A DNA stretch of 64,000 bases, taken from NCBI RefSeq assembly GCF_009914755.1, contig NC_060940.1. One strand, written 5' to 3'. The stretch is from the human T2T-CHM13v2.0 reference genome, Homo sapiens. Numbering within the stretch: position 1 is the stretch's first letter; each line of letters starts with the position of its first letter. Both the position numbers and the translations under genes were made by a program. A model generated the notes under the pieces. That model had not been told where the DNA came from. It saw only the letters and a program-made list of their open reading frames with translations, and did no database searches. Positions 21,031 to 42,808 of the stretch are shown one piece after another.

Positions 21031-21453
21031 CAGCTGAGTCTCTCGTTAAGGGGAGACTACAACTTCTGGTACCAGCAGTTTTTATTTTCTTCTTGTAAAT
21101 GACTTTTTGTTTTCTAACTTACTGATTGAAGAATTATTTCATTATACTTGAAATAGTTGACTTAACCAGAGTATGTCTGAATGTTAACAGTTCTTTATCA
21201 GTCTTTCCCAGTACTTTTGATGCTCCCTTTCAATCTGAGATTCTTTCTTGCTTCATGCCAGAAAAATGTATATATTTCCTTTCCCATATATTTTGTTGTT
21301 TACTTAAGTGACTCTAATTATTACTCAAATGTTGGCTTATCTTAGGTCTTGTTATGTTGCCCAGGCTGTTCTTGAACCCTTGGCCTCAAATGATCCTCCC
21401 ACCTTGCCCGCTGCTCCCCGCCTTTTTTTTTTTTTTTTTTTTTTAAGAGCTAG

Positions 21454-21600
<147 letters not shown>

Positions 21601-21739
21601 TAATGTATTTGTGGAGACAGTCTTGATTTGTTGCCCGGGCTGGTCTCAAAACTCCTGGCTTCAAGTGATCCTCCTGCCTTGGCCTCCCAAAGTACTGGGA
21701 TTATAGGTGTGAGCTGCCAGGCCTGGCTGATTTCTCTCT

Positions 21740-22990
21740 TTTCTTGTGGTGGGATAGTATTCAATTGTGTATATATACCACATTTTAGAAATCCATTCAT
21801 CCACTGACGAACACTTATTTTGGTTCCATATCTTGGCCGTTATGAATAATGCTGAAAGAAACATAGGAGCACAAATATCTTTTTAATCTACTGATTTCAT
21901 TTCTTTTGGATATATACCCTGTAGTGGAATTGCTGGATCATATGGTAGTTCTGTTTTTAATTTTTTGAGTAACCTCCATACTGTTTTCTGTAATGGCTAT
22001 ACTCACTCACATTTCCATAACAGTGTGCCAGTGTTCCCTTTTCTCCTTATCCCAGCCAGAATTTTCCTTTTTTTGCATTTTGATAAGTAGCCATGCTAAC
22101 CGGAGTGATATTATATCTCATTGTGGTTTTGATTTGCATTTCCCTGATGATTAGTGATGTTGAGCATTTTTTTATATACCTGTTTGCCATTTGTATGTCT
22201 CCTTTTGAGAAATGTCATTTTAGATCCTTTGCCCACTTTTTAGATTATTTGGGGTTTTTTTGGCTGTTGAGTTGTTTGAGTACCTTGTACATTCTTAGTA
22301 TTAATCCTTTGTTGGATGAATAGTTTGAAGATATTTTCTCCCATTCTACGGGTTGTCTCCTCATTCTGTTATTTCCTTTGCTGTACAGAAGCTATTTAGT
22401 TGATAGAGTTCTATTTCTCTGTTTTTATTGGCTGTGATTTTGTAGAATTACTCATAAAATCTTTGCTTAGATCAGCGTTATGGAGCTTTCCCCCTGTGTT
22501 TTCTTCTAGTAGTTTTTTAGTTTTGGATCTTAAATTTAAGTCTTTAATCCATTTTGAGTTGATTTTTTTGTATATGATGAAAGATGGGTTTCTAATTTCA
22601 TTCTTCTGCGTGTGGATATCCAGTGTTCCCAGCATAGTTATTGAAGAGGATATCCTTTCCCCAATGTATGTTCTTATTAGCACCTTTGTCGAAAATGAGT
22701 TAGCTGTAAATACAGGAATTTATTTCTGTGCCCTCTATTCTGTCACATGAGTCTGTGTGTCTGTTTTTATATCAATACTGTGCTGTTCTTGTTACTGTCA
22801 TTTTGTAATGTATTTTGAAGTCAAGTAGTGTAATGCCTCGGGTTTTGTTCTTTTTGTTCAGTTAAGCTTTGGCTCTTTGGGGTCTTTGGTGGTTCAATTT
22901 AAATTTTAAGATTGTTTTTTCTATTTCTATGAAGAATGTCCTTGGTATTTTGACAGAGATTGCATTGAATCTGTAGAATGTGTTTGGTAG
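21740..22990 (-). mobile_element. L1M/L1PB-type 3' ORF2 fragment; antisense Alus flank it at 21343-21730 and 23022-23538
   Basis: L1 motifs (KINSKWIKDLNLR peptide; gattgcattgaatctgtag). Confidence 0.85.
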
Positions 22991-24184
22991 TGCTTATTGA
23001 TACATTCTTATACAACAACAACTTTTTTTGTTTGTTTTTGTTTTTTGAGACAGAGTCTCACTCTGTTACACCAGCTGGAGTACAGCGGTGTGATATTGGC
23101 TCACTGCAGCCTCTGCCTTCCGGGTTCAGGTGATTCTTCTGCCTCAGCCTCCTGAGTAGCTGGGATTACAGGCACGCACTACCATGCCTGGCTAATTTTT
23201 TGTATTATAGTAGAGACAGGGTTTTACCATGTTGTCCAGGCTGGTCTCGAACTCCTGACCTCAAGTGATCCACCCACCTCGGCCTCCCAGAGTGCTGGGA
23301 TTAGAGGCGTGAGCCACTGTGCCTGGCCAACAAAACTTTTAAAAGACAAAACAAAATTTTAAAAGAAACAAGCCAGCAGATACCAAGCACAATCAAGGTA
23401 CTTTTTTTTTTTTTTTTAAGTAGAAACAGGGTCTCGCTATATTGCCCAGTTTGGTCTTGAACTCCTGGAGTCAAGCATTCGTCTTGCCTCAGTCTTCCAA
23501 AGTGCTGGGATTACAGGTCTGAGCCACTGCACCTGGCCTAAACATACCACATTTATATGTGAGGCTCAGACCAGTCTGGAATAACTGATGCCTTTCTCTC
23601 TCTCTCTGAGAATTTAAAATCCTCAGAATAGTGGAGAAATCTACCAACTCTTCTCAATTGCTGGAGAAGAACCACCTCTGTTAATGGGAAAAAATGTCGT
23701 CTCAGAAGTGGGCATATACTGGTATAGTGTTCCATACATTGCACAACTCTGCAAATATGTTGGAATATAGAGAATCAGGTATCACTTCCACTTTCCCTTT
23801 TAAATGACGTGCTCTCATGTGTACTGCTTATTTTTCTCTCAATATTAGAAAAATAGCTTTTAGATAGAGAGTAAAATGAAGTAGTATCACAATCTTCCCC
23901 CAATAATTAACAAAATAAACAAAATGTATGTGTGTGTAGGATGTGAGGAAACAGCCAAAAATCTATGGGTAACACCCAAACAAGCAAAAAAGAACACAAA
24001 CTTTGATCTATAAACTTCAAAGAGTGGTGATAGAGGATGGAGGGTGGGGTAGGGTGAGGACTGTGTAATAGAAGAGATTCTGGTATAGTATATAGCAGAG
24101 CTGCTAACCCACACATACTTTCATCCATCAGGAAGAGTAATAAGTCAAGGAAAAACCCTCAAGAATAAAAGAATAAAAGATCCT

Positions 24185-25190
24185 TTACACTGCTAGTGGG
24201 AATGTAAATTAGTATAGCCATGATGGAAAACAGTCTAAAGGTTGCTCAAAAAATTTAAAAATAGAACTACCATGTGATCCAGCAGTTCCACTGTTGGGAA
24301 TTCATCCATAGAAGAGGAAATCAGTATACTGAAGAGATCACAGTAGCCAAGATATGGAATCAACCTAAATGTCCATCAGCTGATGAATGAATAAAGAAAA
24401 TGTGACATATATGCACAATACAATACTATTCAGGCATAAAAAAGAATGAAATCCTGCCATTTGTGGCAACATGGATGAACCTGGAGGACATTATATTAAA
24501 TGAAATAAGTCAGGCACAGAAAGATAAATACTGCATGTTTTCACTTATATGAAGGGGCTAAAAAATTTGAGCTCATAGAAATAGAATTTTCGTTATCAGA
24601 GGCTGAGAAAGGATTGAGGGAAGTAAGGATGGGGAGAAGTTGGTCAATGGATACAAAATTACAGCTAGAGGGGAAGAATAAGACTTGTATTATGTAGCAC
24701 TGTAGGGTGAATATAGTTAATAAAAATTTATTGTGGCGGGGCGCAGTGGCTCACACCTGTAATCCCAGCACTTTGGGAGGCTGAGGCAGGTAGATCACTT
24801 GAGGTCAGGAGTTCGAGAACAGCCTGGCCAACATGGTGAAACCCTGTGTCTATTAAAAATACAAAAATTAACTGGGCGTGGTGGCACATGCCTGTAATCT
24901 CAGCTACTCAGGAGGCTGAGGCAGGAGAATCACATGAACCCGTGGGTGGAGGTTGCAGTGAGCTGAGATTGCGCCACTGCACTCCAGCCTGGGCAGCAGA
25001 GTGAGACTCTGTCTAAAAATAAAATTATGTGTATGTTCACAAAGCTAGAAAGGATTTTGAATGTTAACATAAATGATAAATGTTTGAGGTGATATCTTAA
25101 CCTGATTTGATTATTATACATTATATACATGTATCAAAATATCACTATTTACTCCGCAAATATGTATAATTATTACATGTCAACTAAAAA
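24185..25190 (+). mobile_element. L1MA-like 3' end interrupted by an Alu (24736-25024)
   Basis: gtgggaatgtaaattagt...caacctaaatgtccatca...gaaatcctgccatttgtggcaacatggatg. Confidence 0.85.
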
Positions 25191-25199
25191 GAGGAACAA

Positions 25200-26590
25200 A
25201 TATATCAATAAAGTATACAAACCTTAAGTTGTACAACGCAATGAATATTTAACACGCAAGTATAAATACTCATAAAAATACCACACAGGTTAACATGTAG
25301 AATATTTTAAGCACTTCATGAGTCTCCCTTGTACCCCTTCCCAGTTTATACCCCCAACCGAAGATAATCATGCTTCTCAATTCTCATCATCATATATTAG
25401 TTTTCTTATTTCTGCATTTTATATAAATGGATGTCCTGCTTTGTATCTAACATCATGTATTCAACATTATGATTGTGGGATTCATCAAATTTTTGTTGTT
25501 TATTTTTTTCATTGCTTTGTGTTATTCTAGTGTATGAATTTGCAAGTGTTTCTTTATCTGTTATCTTTTCATGGACATTTGATTTGTGTCCAGTGTTGGA
25601 CAATATGTATAAAGCTGCTTTGTGCCCTTTTTTTTAAAAAAAAAAAAAATGACTTTCGATGGACAAAGCATTCACTTACTTGGGTATATGTCTGGGAGTG
25701 TAGTTACTGATTTTCCAAGGTGGCTGTGCCAATTTATACTCCCAATCAGCCATATATAAAAGTTCTTATTCCTCCACATTGTCACCAAGTGTTACACTTG
25801 TTAGTCTTTTAATTTTAACTATTATTGTAAAGATATAATGGTATCTGGCTGTGGTTTTAATTTGTGATTTCTTGATTACCAATGATATTGAACATCTTAA
25901 CATATTTATTGGACATTTGGATATCTTTCATGAAGTGTTTGTTCACATCTTTTGAACTTTTTGTGATAGTGGCACAATCACGACCCATTGCAACCTCAAA
26001 CTCATGGGCTCAAGCGATCTTCCCACCTTGGCCTCCCAAGTATCTGGCACTACAGGCATGTACCACCACGCTTGGCTAATTTTTTAAATCTTTCTTTTAG
26101 ACAGGGCCTCGCTATGTTACCCAGGCCCAGTGTCTGCCACTTGCTTGTTTTCTTGTCTGAAACTCTTGGCTTCAAGTGATTGATCCTCCCACCTCAGCCT
26201 CCCAAAATGCTGGAATTACAGACGTGAGCCACTGTGCCCAGCCAGCTCATCTTCGAATAATAACAGTTTTACTTCTTCCTTCTTAATTTTTATACTTTTT
26301 CCCCCCTTTTTCTTGCTTCATTGTATTGACTAGGATTTCTGATACATTGTTGATTAGAGGTGGTGATGGAGGACATCCTTGTCTTTTTCCCAAACTCAGG
26401 GCAAAAAAGGATTCATAGTTGTGCCATTAAGTAATTTGCTAGGGTTTGTTTTGGGGTTTTTTTGGGGGGATGGGGGATACCTTTTATCAGACTAAGGATA
26501 TTCTTTTATTCTAATTTGTTGGGAGGTTTCTATTTTTGTTTTTTGAATTCATGAATAGGTGTTGAGTGTTGTCAACTGCTTTTCTTGCAG
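25200..26590 (-). mobile_element. Old L1M fragments with an AluJ (25963-26243)
   Basis: Degenerate L1 3' similarity (ggacatccttgtctt; tggctgtggttttaatttg). Confidence 0.65.
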
Positions 26591-26927
26591 ACTTGTTTTC
26601 TATTTTAAGAATACAAGAAGCAAACCATGCAGCCAGTGTCTGCCACTTGCATGTTTTCTGTAATGTGGTAACTTAATATTAAAGTAAAATAGAGATAATG
26701 TTCTTTTATTATTAAATTGGACTGATACAGTCTCTTTTTTTTTTATCGTTTATGGTTAGGAAGTGTAGAATTATGTAACACTGTTAAGAATCTCCCTCCA
26801 GGTTCTCATTTTTTGGGGTTTTACACATCCACGATATCTTTGTGTTGGTGGCGGGGGACTTCATAGTGCCTTCAGAGTGCACAAGTGAGAAATAGATGCA
26901 ATTTAATCTCAAATGAAACTGAACTGT

Positions 26928-28320
<1,393 letters not shown>

Positions 28321-28373
28321 CAGAGTTTACATTTAATCTTTACAAAAGTTCTTTAAAAAGGGCAAAGCAAGTA

Positions 28374-29215
28374 CAGTCATATGTCACTTAACACCAGGGA
28401 TATGTTCCGAGAAATGCATCACTGGGCGATTTCCTTGTTGTATGAACACCATAGAGTATAGTTATACAAACCTAGATGGTATACCCTAATATGTGGTATA
28501 ACCAGTCACAGTGGCACCATGCTTGCAGTCCCAGCTACTTAGGAGGGTGAGGCAGGAGGATTGCTTGAGTCCAGGATTTAGAATTAGCCTGGGCAACATG
28601 TTGAGAGCTTGTCTCTTAAAAAACAACAACAACAAAGATTTACTTAAGAAAATATGGTATAAAATATTAAAAATAGTATACCTGAATAGAGCCCTTACCA
28701 TTAATGGAGCTTGTAGGACTGGAAGTTGCTCTGGGTGAATCAGTGAGTGAATAGTGAATGAATATGAAGGCCTAGGACATTACTGTACACTGCTGTAGAC
28801 TTTCTAAGCACAGTACTCTTAGGCTGTACTATGTTTATAAAAAATTTTTTTCTTTAATAATTAACTTTTTCGCTTTATAAGTTGTGAATTTTAAAAAAAT
28901 CTTTTGTCTTTTGTAGTAACAGTTTAAAACACAGACACGTTGTGCAGCTGTACAAAGATATTTTATTTCTTTATATCCTTATTCCATAAACATTTTTCTA
29001 TGTTCAAATTTTTTATTTTTTATTTTTATTTACTTTTAAAACTTTTTTGTTTAAAATGCTGACACAAACACACACATTAGCCCAGGCCTTCACAGAGTCA
29101 GGAACATCAAGATGTCACTAGGCAATAGGACTTTTTCAGCTCTGTTGTTACCTGTGGGACCACCATTATATACGGTCTGTCATTTACCGAACCACTGTTA
29201 TGTAGCTCATGACTG
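28374..29215. mobile_element. Tigger3 (Golem/MER7)-like DNA transposon with TA target duplication and an internal Alu monomer
   Basis: TA|CAGTCAT... and ...ATGACTG|TA terminal inverted repeats. Confidence 0.8.
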
Positions 29216-29343
29216 TACATTTTACAGGTGATCTGAGGTTATGTATGTTGTAATTGGCAGAGAGGTCTTAAGCCCAGGTCTTTTGACTGTCGTTTCTCTT
29301 TCTGTTTTACCATATTACTTCTTACACTGTAATTATCTCATAA

Positions 29344-30089
<746 letters not shown>

Positions 30090-30149
30090 CCTGATAAAAA
30101 TCTTAATGCTTGTTTACTATTATTATAGTTCAAGCTCTCCTTCCTTGGA

Positions 30150-30570
30150 TTAATCATGGTAGCCTAACTACTGTAACTAATAATCCCCAATTCTCAGTGG
30201 TTTAAGACCAAAAAAATTTTTTAAAAGTTTATTTTGCATTTTCTTTCAAATTGTTGCTCAGGAATCCAAGATACGTTCATCTTTTGATGTCGTCTTTGAT
30301 GCACAGCTTCTACTGTCCATGGGAAAGAAGAAGGTGTATGGAAAGCACTCAAGATACTTAACTACATTAACCTGGAAATTACTATCAATCATCACCACTT
30401 ACAATTTTTTGGCTACAAGTAGTCACATGGCCCTACTTACATGCAGAAGTACTGGGAAAAGTAGTCCCTGGCTGGGCAGCCTTTCCTCATCAAAACTCTG
30501 TATTCTGTAGTATAATATAGAACTCTATACTTAAATCTTTGGTGGTTAGTGTGCCTTCTATGCCACATGC
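30150..30570. mobile_element. MLT1-like (ERVL-MaLR) LTR relic
   Basis: ctgtaactaataatccccaattctcagtggtttaag and agtcacatggcc...ctgggaaaagtagtc resemble MLT1 LTRs (from recall). Confidence 0.6.
30262..30510 (+). CDS. Candidate alternative terminal exon of NFATC3 (82 aa + stop), in frame after exon 3, derived from an MLT1-like LTR
   Basis: ttttgcattttctttcaaattgttgctcAG acceptor (30260-30261); open phase-0 frame ESKIRSSFDVVFDAQLLLSMGKKK...KLCIL*; AATAAA at 30581-30586. No transcript evidence available here. Confidence 0.45.
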   Translation, partial: ESKIRSSFDVVFDAQLLLSMGKKKVYGKHSRYLTTLTWKLLSIITTYNFLATSSHMALLTCRSTGKSSPWLGSLSSSKLCIL

Positions 30571-30589
30571 TCCACACAGGAATAAATCA

Positions 30590-31110
30590 TGGCTAAGTCA
30601 CTAATACGGGCTCTAGAGCCAGACTGTTTTGGTTGAATCCTGGATTTTACTGTATCCTTGACCAAGTAACTTAACCTTTCTTTCTAGACCTTTTATTTAA
30701 TCATTCATTGCTTAATTTATTCACCTATCTATCCATTTACTTATTCGATATGTATTTTTTGATTGCTCACTACGTTATAGACAGTATTGTAGGTGCTAGG
30801 GATGCAGAGATGAACAAGAGAGACAAAACTCCAGTCCTCAAGGGCCTTTCTCACTTTATACTGAGAGAGACAATGAGTAAATAAACAAAACATTAGAATA
30901 TAGTAAGTGCTATATTGGAAATTAGTATTGATGCGATAGAGGTTAATTATGAAGAGAACTTTACCTTGGGATTTTTTCTTTATAAAATGAGAATAATATA
31001 TAATATCATCTACCTAAGAGCTGTTGTGAGGAGTAAATGAAACATTGTGAGGAACATGGCATGGTACCTTGCACATTGTAAATGCTCAGTAAAAGTTAGC
31101 TAGTATCATT
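30590..31110. mobile_element. MIR and L2 fragments
   Basis: ggctctagagccagactg...aagtaacttaacctt and gttgtgaggagtaaatga (MIR); ggtgctagggatgcagagatgaacaag (L2). Confidence 0.65.
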
Positions 31111-31673
31111 ACTTAGGTTTCTTTGAACAGTTTGACCAACACTTCAACACTGATGAAGAGTATGTAGCAGAATAAGATATCTACATTGGCATCCTAGAAT
31201 TAAGCTAGGTTTGTTACTGACATTTTAAGGAGTTGTGAATTAATGGGCTAGTGATATGTGAAAATGGAAAGTAGAAGGGTACTTAAACATCAGTTATAAT
31301 GATCTTCCTGTTATTCTGCAAAGGAGAATTTCAAAAGAGCTAAGAAATTTCTGAAATACATATTTTTTGAAATGATGAGGGAATGCAAGCTGTGCTGCTG
31401 TTGGAAAATACCACCTACCTTGTAGCCAACTGACAAATTAACTTTTTCTTTTCTTCAAAATAAGTTATCTGATTCATTAATGTGGTCACCAAATAATACA
31501 TTCAAAGCAGTTTGCTAATGTAGCTGGGGGTTCACTGAGGGAAATCAGACATGTTGACTACTCCCATGAACTTTATTGTCCATTGAGACTTGCAAATAAG
31601 GTAGTACCAATAAAGTATGATAAATGTTTAATGGAGGAAATTCAGATCTTTGTGAGAGCAAATACAGACCTGA

Positions 31674-31988
<315 letters not shown>

Positions 31989-32549
31989 TGACCCGCCCAC
32001 GTTGGGATTACTGGCATGAGCCACTGCGCCTGGCCAGAAAGGGGACTTCTTATTTGAAGATAGTGTCTAGCTAATTAATAAGCAGACATCTAGGGAAAAG
32101 GTAGATACTAAGGAGGGAAAAGTATTAAGTAGAGGGAAGGGTTTAGAGCTGCACTGTCCAAAAGTGGAATCCAGAAGCCACTAGCTACACGTGGATATTT
32201 CAATTTAAATTAAACTGAAATTAAAAATTCAGTTATTCAGTTGCATTGACAACATTCCAAGGTTTAGTAGCCACATGTGGATACTGACTATATTTTCTTT
32301 TCAACAGATGATGTCAGAGCAACTGGATATCCGTAGGCAAGAAAATAAGCCTTGACATAAACCTTATATCTTATAAAATTAATACAAAATGATCATGGAT
32401 TTTTTTTTTTAAATTGGAGATATTTTACCCAAAAGTCTGTTGAAATAAAAAAAAGGAGTATTTTAGTGACTGCAGAAAGTTATCTTGGACAGTGCTGGTT
32501 TAGAAGCCCATAAGACAGAGAGACTATAGTATGTTAATGAATTATTTAT

Positions 32550-34670
<2,121 letters not shown>

Positions 34671-35199
34671 GTATTAATAAATTACAAGAAATATGTAGTA
34701 GCCGCATGAAGTGGCTCACACCTGCAATCCCAGTACCTTGTGGGGGCTGAGGAGGGAGGATCACTTGAGGCCAGGAGTTGGAGACCAGCGTGAGCAATAG
34801 TGCGAGAACCTGTCTCTACCAAAAAATAAAAATAAAAAATTTAACCAGGCATGGTGGTACCCACCTTGAGTCTCAGCTACTTGGGAGGATTGCTTGAGCC
34901 CAGGAGGTTGAGGCTGCAGTGAGTTATGCACTGTAGCCTGGGAAACAGCAAGACCATGCTAAAAAAAAAAAAAAAAAAAAAGGAAAGAAAGAAAGGCTAT
35001 ATAGTTATAAAATTGGGTTTTATTTATCTAAAAATATTAGCATTGTAGGAATTACTTGAGATACGTTACTTTTTTCAAAATGTGAAAATCAGCTGGAATT
35101 GTCAATTTTTAATTTAAAATAGGTAATAGTAACTCTATGTAACATACTGTTTATAGACAAAGATGAGTATTCTTTAAGAGGTTTTATATTGTCTTTTTA

Positions 35200-37700
<2,501 letters not shown>

Positions 37701-37744
37701 GTATTATAGTTGGGGGAAACTAGGTGCAGGGTACATGGGGCTAT

Positions 37745-37971
37745 AGTATCCCTTGTCTGCTTGGGATCAGAAGTCAGAAGTGTCTTAGATTTTGGATTTT
37801 TTCAAATTTTGGAATATTTCCAGAATACATACTGGTTGAGCATCCCTGATTCAAAAATTTGAATTCCAAAATGTTCCAGTGAGCATTTACTTTGGGTGTC
37901 ATATCAGTGCTCAGAAAGTTTCAGATTTTGGAGCATTCTGGATTTTCAGATTAGGGATATTCAACCTGTAG
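37745..37971. mobile_element. Tigger4a/MER46A-like element
   Basis: agtatccctt...ttagggatattcaacctgta TIR-like ends. Confidence 0.7.
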
Positions 37972-39759
37972 TACATATACATACTATTTTTGCAACTTCC
38001 TATGAGTCTAATTATTTAAGAAGAATAAAAGTTTTAGCCAGGTGTAGTGATGTGATTCTGTAATCCCAGTTACTTGGGAGACTGAGGCAAGAGGATCACT
38101 GCTTGAGCCCAGGAGTTTAAGGCCAGCCTGGGCAACATAGCAAGACCTTGTCTCCCAAAAGAAAAAAAAAAAGGATTTTTTTTAAAAAGCTTATATATTA
38201 TACAGTGGTAAGTTTTATTAAGGTATACATATTTTGAATCTTATCCCAAAAGTTACTGAAATTTGAAAAATGAAGTTTGTATTATTTTTTCATTTTTATG
38301 CATACTTTCATTTTAAGCAATTTATATTATAGAAATTTAATTTTGTATTTTTAGTATTTCTACAATGTGTTGTCATGGGTCTAATATATTTAGAGCCCAT
38401 TCCCCCAACTAATCAGCAGAACTGATAATGGAACTGCTCTTATTGAAGTTGCTGTAGTCTGTCCTGTAGTGACCTTCAGGCTTTAACCCTCCAGCTTTAG
38501 TTAAATTAAGCAGGCACAGACCTTTGCTATGGAAACGATACAGAAACATAACAAACAACTTGGCTTACTTTCTTCTGCGAAGCAGAGGGTGGACTGAAGA
38601 GATTACTGATACTGGTGAAAGTTTTTAGAGACTAGTGTTAACAGTAGTAGTAATTTATTTATTGCCTACAACATAAATGCTTCTCTGGAAATCAGATGGG
38701 ATAATAGTCTAATTAGTTTATTTGATCTTCCTTTAAAAGTCTCTCAGATAGAAAGGCATAGCCCTATTTTTCTTATGGTATTATACATCTGGAACAGATG
38801 TTGGTCAAAATATGTGTTATGAAATATATTCCCTTTGAAATCTTATATGAGTGATTACCTTCCCCCAACATCAGTTTATTTTATCAAAGTATAAAAAGCA
38901 AGTGGCTTATGACTTTGTGAAGCTCTTATACATGTCAGCCATCTAATATGACTAGGATTCTTTGGTATAGAGTACTTGCCAGTATGTTATTTGATATCTG
39001 GATAACTTAATAGGTAATAGCAAACTTTTTTATTTATATTCTCTATTTTAGATTTAACTACCTCATTTTGACGAGCTACTTTAATGCCTATAATTTTTTT
39101 GTTGGTTTTTTCTTTTTCTATATAAGAGCAAATTGCCTACAGTTCTTTTAGAAATAATGTATTGACTAACTTCATGAGTTATTTTGCTTCACCAAATTGT
39201 ACTCTGTTATTCTAAAATTTATTCTTTCAACAATGATTGAATGCCTGTAATGTGCTAGGCGCTCTGCTAGGCTCTGGAGATAACAAGATGGATACTGTCC
39301 TCTTCACAGTGCTCACAGGCAAGTGGTAAAGTTGTTGCTGTTTATTTCTCCACTTGATGAACAGTTGGTCATGTAGAATAATTTGTTAAATTTATGATTA
39401 AACATGAAAGAGCAACAGGTATACCAAAAAGGAATGACTAATCACTGAATAGATGAATGTGAGGAAGTTGCCTAATCATTGTTAGCTTCAGATTATCTGT
39501 GAACTGAAAAAAAAAAAAAAAAAAAGACATATAGTCCACAGGAGTTTTTGGATGCAGTGAACTATAACCACTCTCTACCTTCATTTTTTTTTACCTCTGG
39601 GTATAAATCTGGATGAATCTCACGTGGCATTATTACTTACCCCATCTGCCGCCAGATAAACCAAAAGAGTAATGGCTGAAATTTGTTTTTGCACAGATAC
39701 ACATAAAATATATGCCCAAACTTTTCCAGTTTCCTTTTAGCTATTGATTTATTTAGGAT

Positions 39760-40760
<1,001 letters not shown>

Positions 40761-42435
40761 TTAAATTGAATTTAAAAAGGACTTAAATTTCCCAGATGTT
40801 TCTTTCCTGTGTGGTACAGCCTAGTGATAATGCCTGTCTTACCCTGAGAGAATCTGGTGATTCTATAGAGAGAATGAAGTGGAGGTTCTAGATTCTAGGA
40901 GAGCTAAAGGCTAGGCTTAATGATCTGTTCTTAAAATGGGGTGGGGGCGGAAGGGAAGGCATAATGGAAGTCTGCATACTGAAGAGTGAGACCTCTGACC
41001 ATTTTATTAGTTCCCACAATGCTTGCAATAGGTTTACTATGCTCCCTAGGCAGAAGACTGCAGGATGTGTTTTAGGCAAACTCACTGGTCCAGTAGAAGA
41101 GACCTGTAGATTCTAAGAAATAAACTTTACTTTTAACATGTTTAAATTACTGTTACTTTGGATTTTTGTTTATGCAGCCAAACTTAATCCTAATATAAAA
41201 GGCAATTATTAACTGTAACCAAATAAGTTGTATGAAAAAGGAAATATAATTAAAATACACTACAAGGCTGAGCTGCAAGTAACATGTATCCAGTTATAAT
41301 GCAAACACTGAAAGTTCAAAAGATAATATATCTAACCTTGAAAAACATTAGGAAATAGCAGTATTAACATGTTCCTTAGAAATATGGAAGTAAGTTCCAA
41401 AAGAAACAGTGAAAAGGGTTACAAATGGTTCCCTTCTGAGGAGCAGAAATTGATCCAGAATTGGTGATAAATGGAAAACAAAACCATATTTATAACTTGT
41501 AAGGCAGACAAAGGGTTAATATGCTTAGTATATCTAAAGGGCTTGTAAAATTAATAATACTAAAATAGAAACAGAAAATGAGCAAATCATATAAACAGCC
41601 ACAAAGGGGAAAAGTTGTCTGTGTAGACTATTACCACTTCTCTGTTCTTTGCTTTTTTGATAGGTTAGAAGTAGTTTTCTTATTTATTTGATATTTAATA
41701 AGATTGAGCATTTTTCCATTTATTTATTAGCTGTTTTTCCCTGCTTTATATGCTCTACTTATATCCTTTGAGAAGGGTAGTTGGAATTACGATTTGTCAT
41801 CTTCCTTGAATCTGGAATTGTTTCTGCAGTATGAATTATAATAAAGAATCTTGCCCGTTGCAAAACATTATTATAAACCTTTGGTGGTTATATCCTGAGG
41901 TCTTTGTGCCTCTTTGGTTACAAGTCTTCTAGATCAGTGTCTCTCAGCTCTATCAGACCCAGCCCCACTCTCAAAAAAAGCCCCACATCCATTTTGTAAT
42001 GCTACTTTATTAACTTGAAATGGAGATTTAAAGATAATACAATTAGGCCAGGCACAGTGGCTCATGCCCGTAATACCAGCATTTTGGAAGGCCAAGGCAG
42101 GAGGATCACTTGAAACCAAGAGTTTAAGACCAGCCAGGGCAACCTAGTGGGACTTCTATATCTAAAAAAAAAAAAAAAAAAAAAAAGCTAGGTTTGGTGG
42201 CACACTCCTGATGTCCTAGCTACTCTAGAGACTGAAGTGGAAGGATCCTTTGAGCCCAGAAACTCAGGGTTGTGTTGAGCTATGATTGTGCCATTGCACT
42301 GTAGCTTAGGTGACATAACGAGACCCTGAATCAAAAAAAAAAAGTGATATAATTGACTACACGTATAATTTTAAGAATATCAGTTATAATGCAGTACTAT
42401 TAAGAGAAAAATAAATATATAAACTAAATTATAGT

Positions 42436-42808
42436 TGATGTGGTTTGGCTATGTCTCCACCCAAAATCTCATCTTGAATTGTAATCCCCATAATTCCCAC
42501 GTGTGAAGGGAGAGGCCAGATGGGGGTAATTGAATCACTGGGGTGGCTTCCCCATGCTGTTCTCTTGATAGTGAGTTCTCATGAGATCTGATGGCTTTGT
42601 AAGTGTTTGGTAGTTTTTCCTGTATTCATTCTCCCTCCTGCCACCTTGTGAAGAAGGTGCCTTGGTTCCCCTTTACCTTCAACCATGACTGTAAATTTCC
42701 TGAGGCCCCCCCAGCCATGGGGGACTGTGAGTCAATTAAACCTCTTTCCTTTATAAATTACCCAGTCTCGGGCAGTTTCTTATAGCAGTATGAGAATGGA
42801 CTAATACA
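42436..42808 (+). mobile_element. Solo THE1/MST (ERVL-MaLR) LTR
   Basis: TGATGTGGTTTGGCT...GGACTAATACA termini; 5-bp TSD atagt/gtagt; ATTAAA poly(A) signal. Confidence 0.9.

Noticed and set aside
38531-38545. ggaaacgatacagaa resembling U6 snRNA
   Set aside because: Match too short; no flanking U6 sequence
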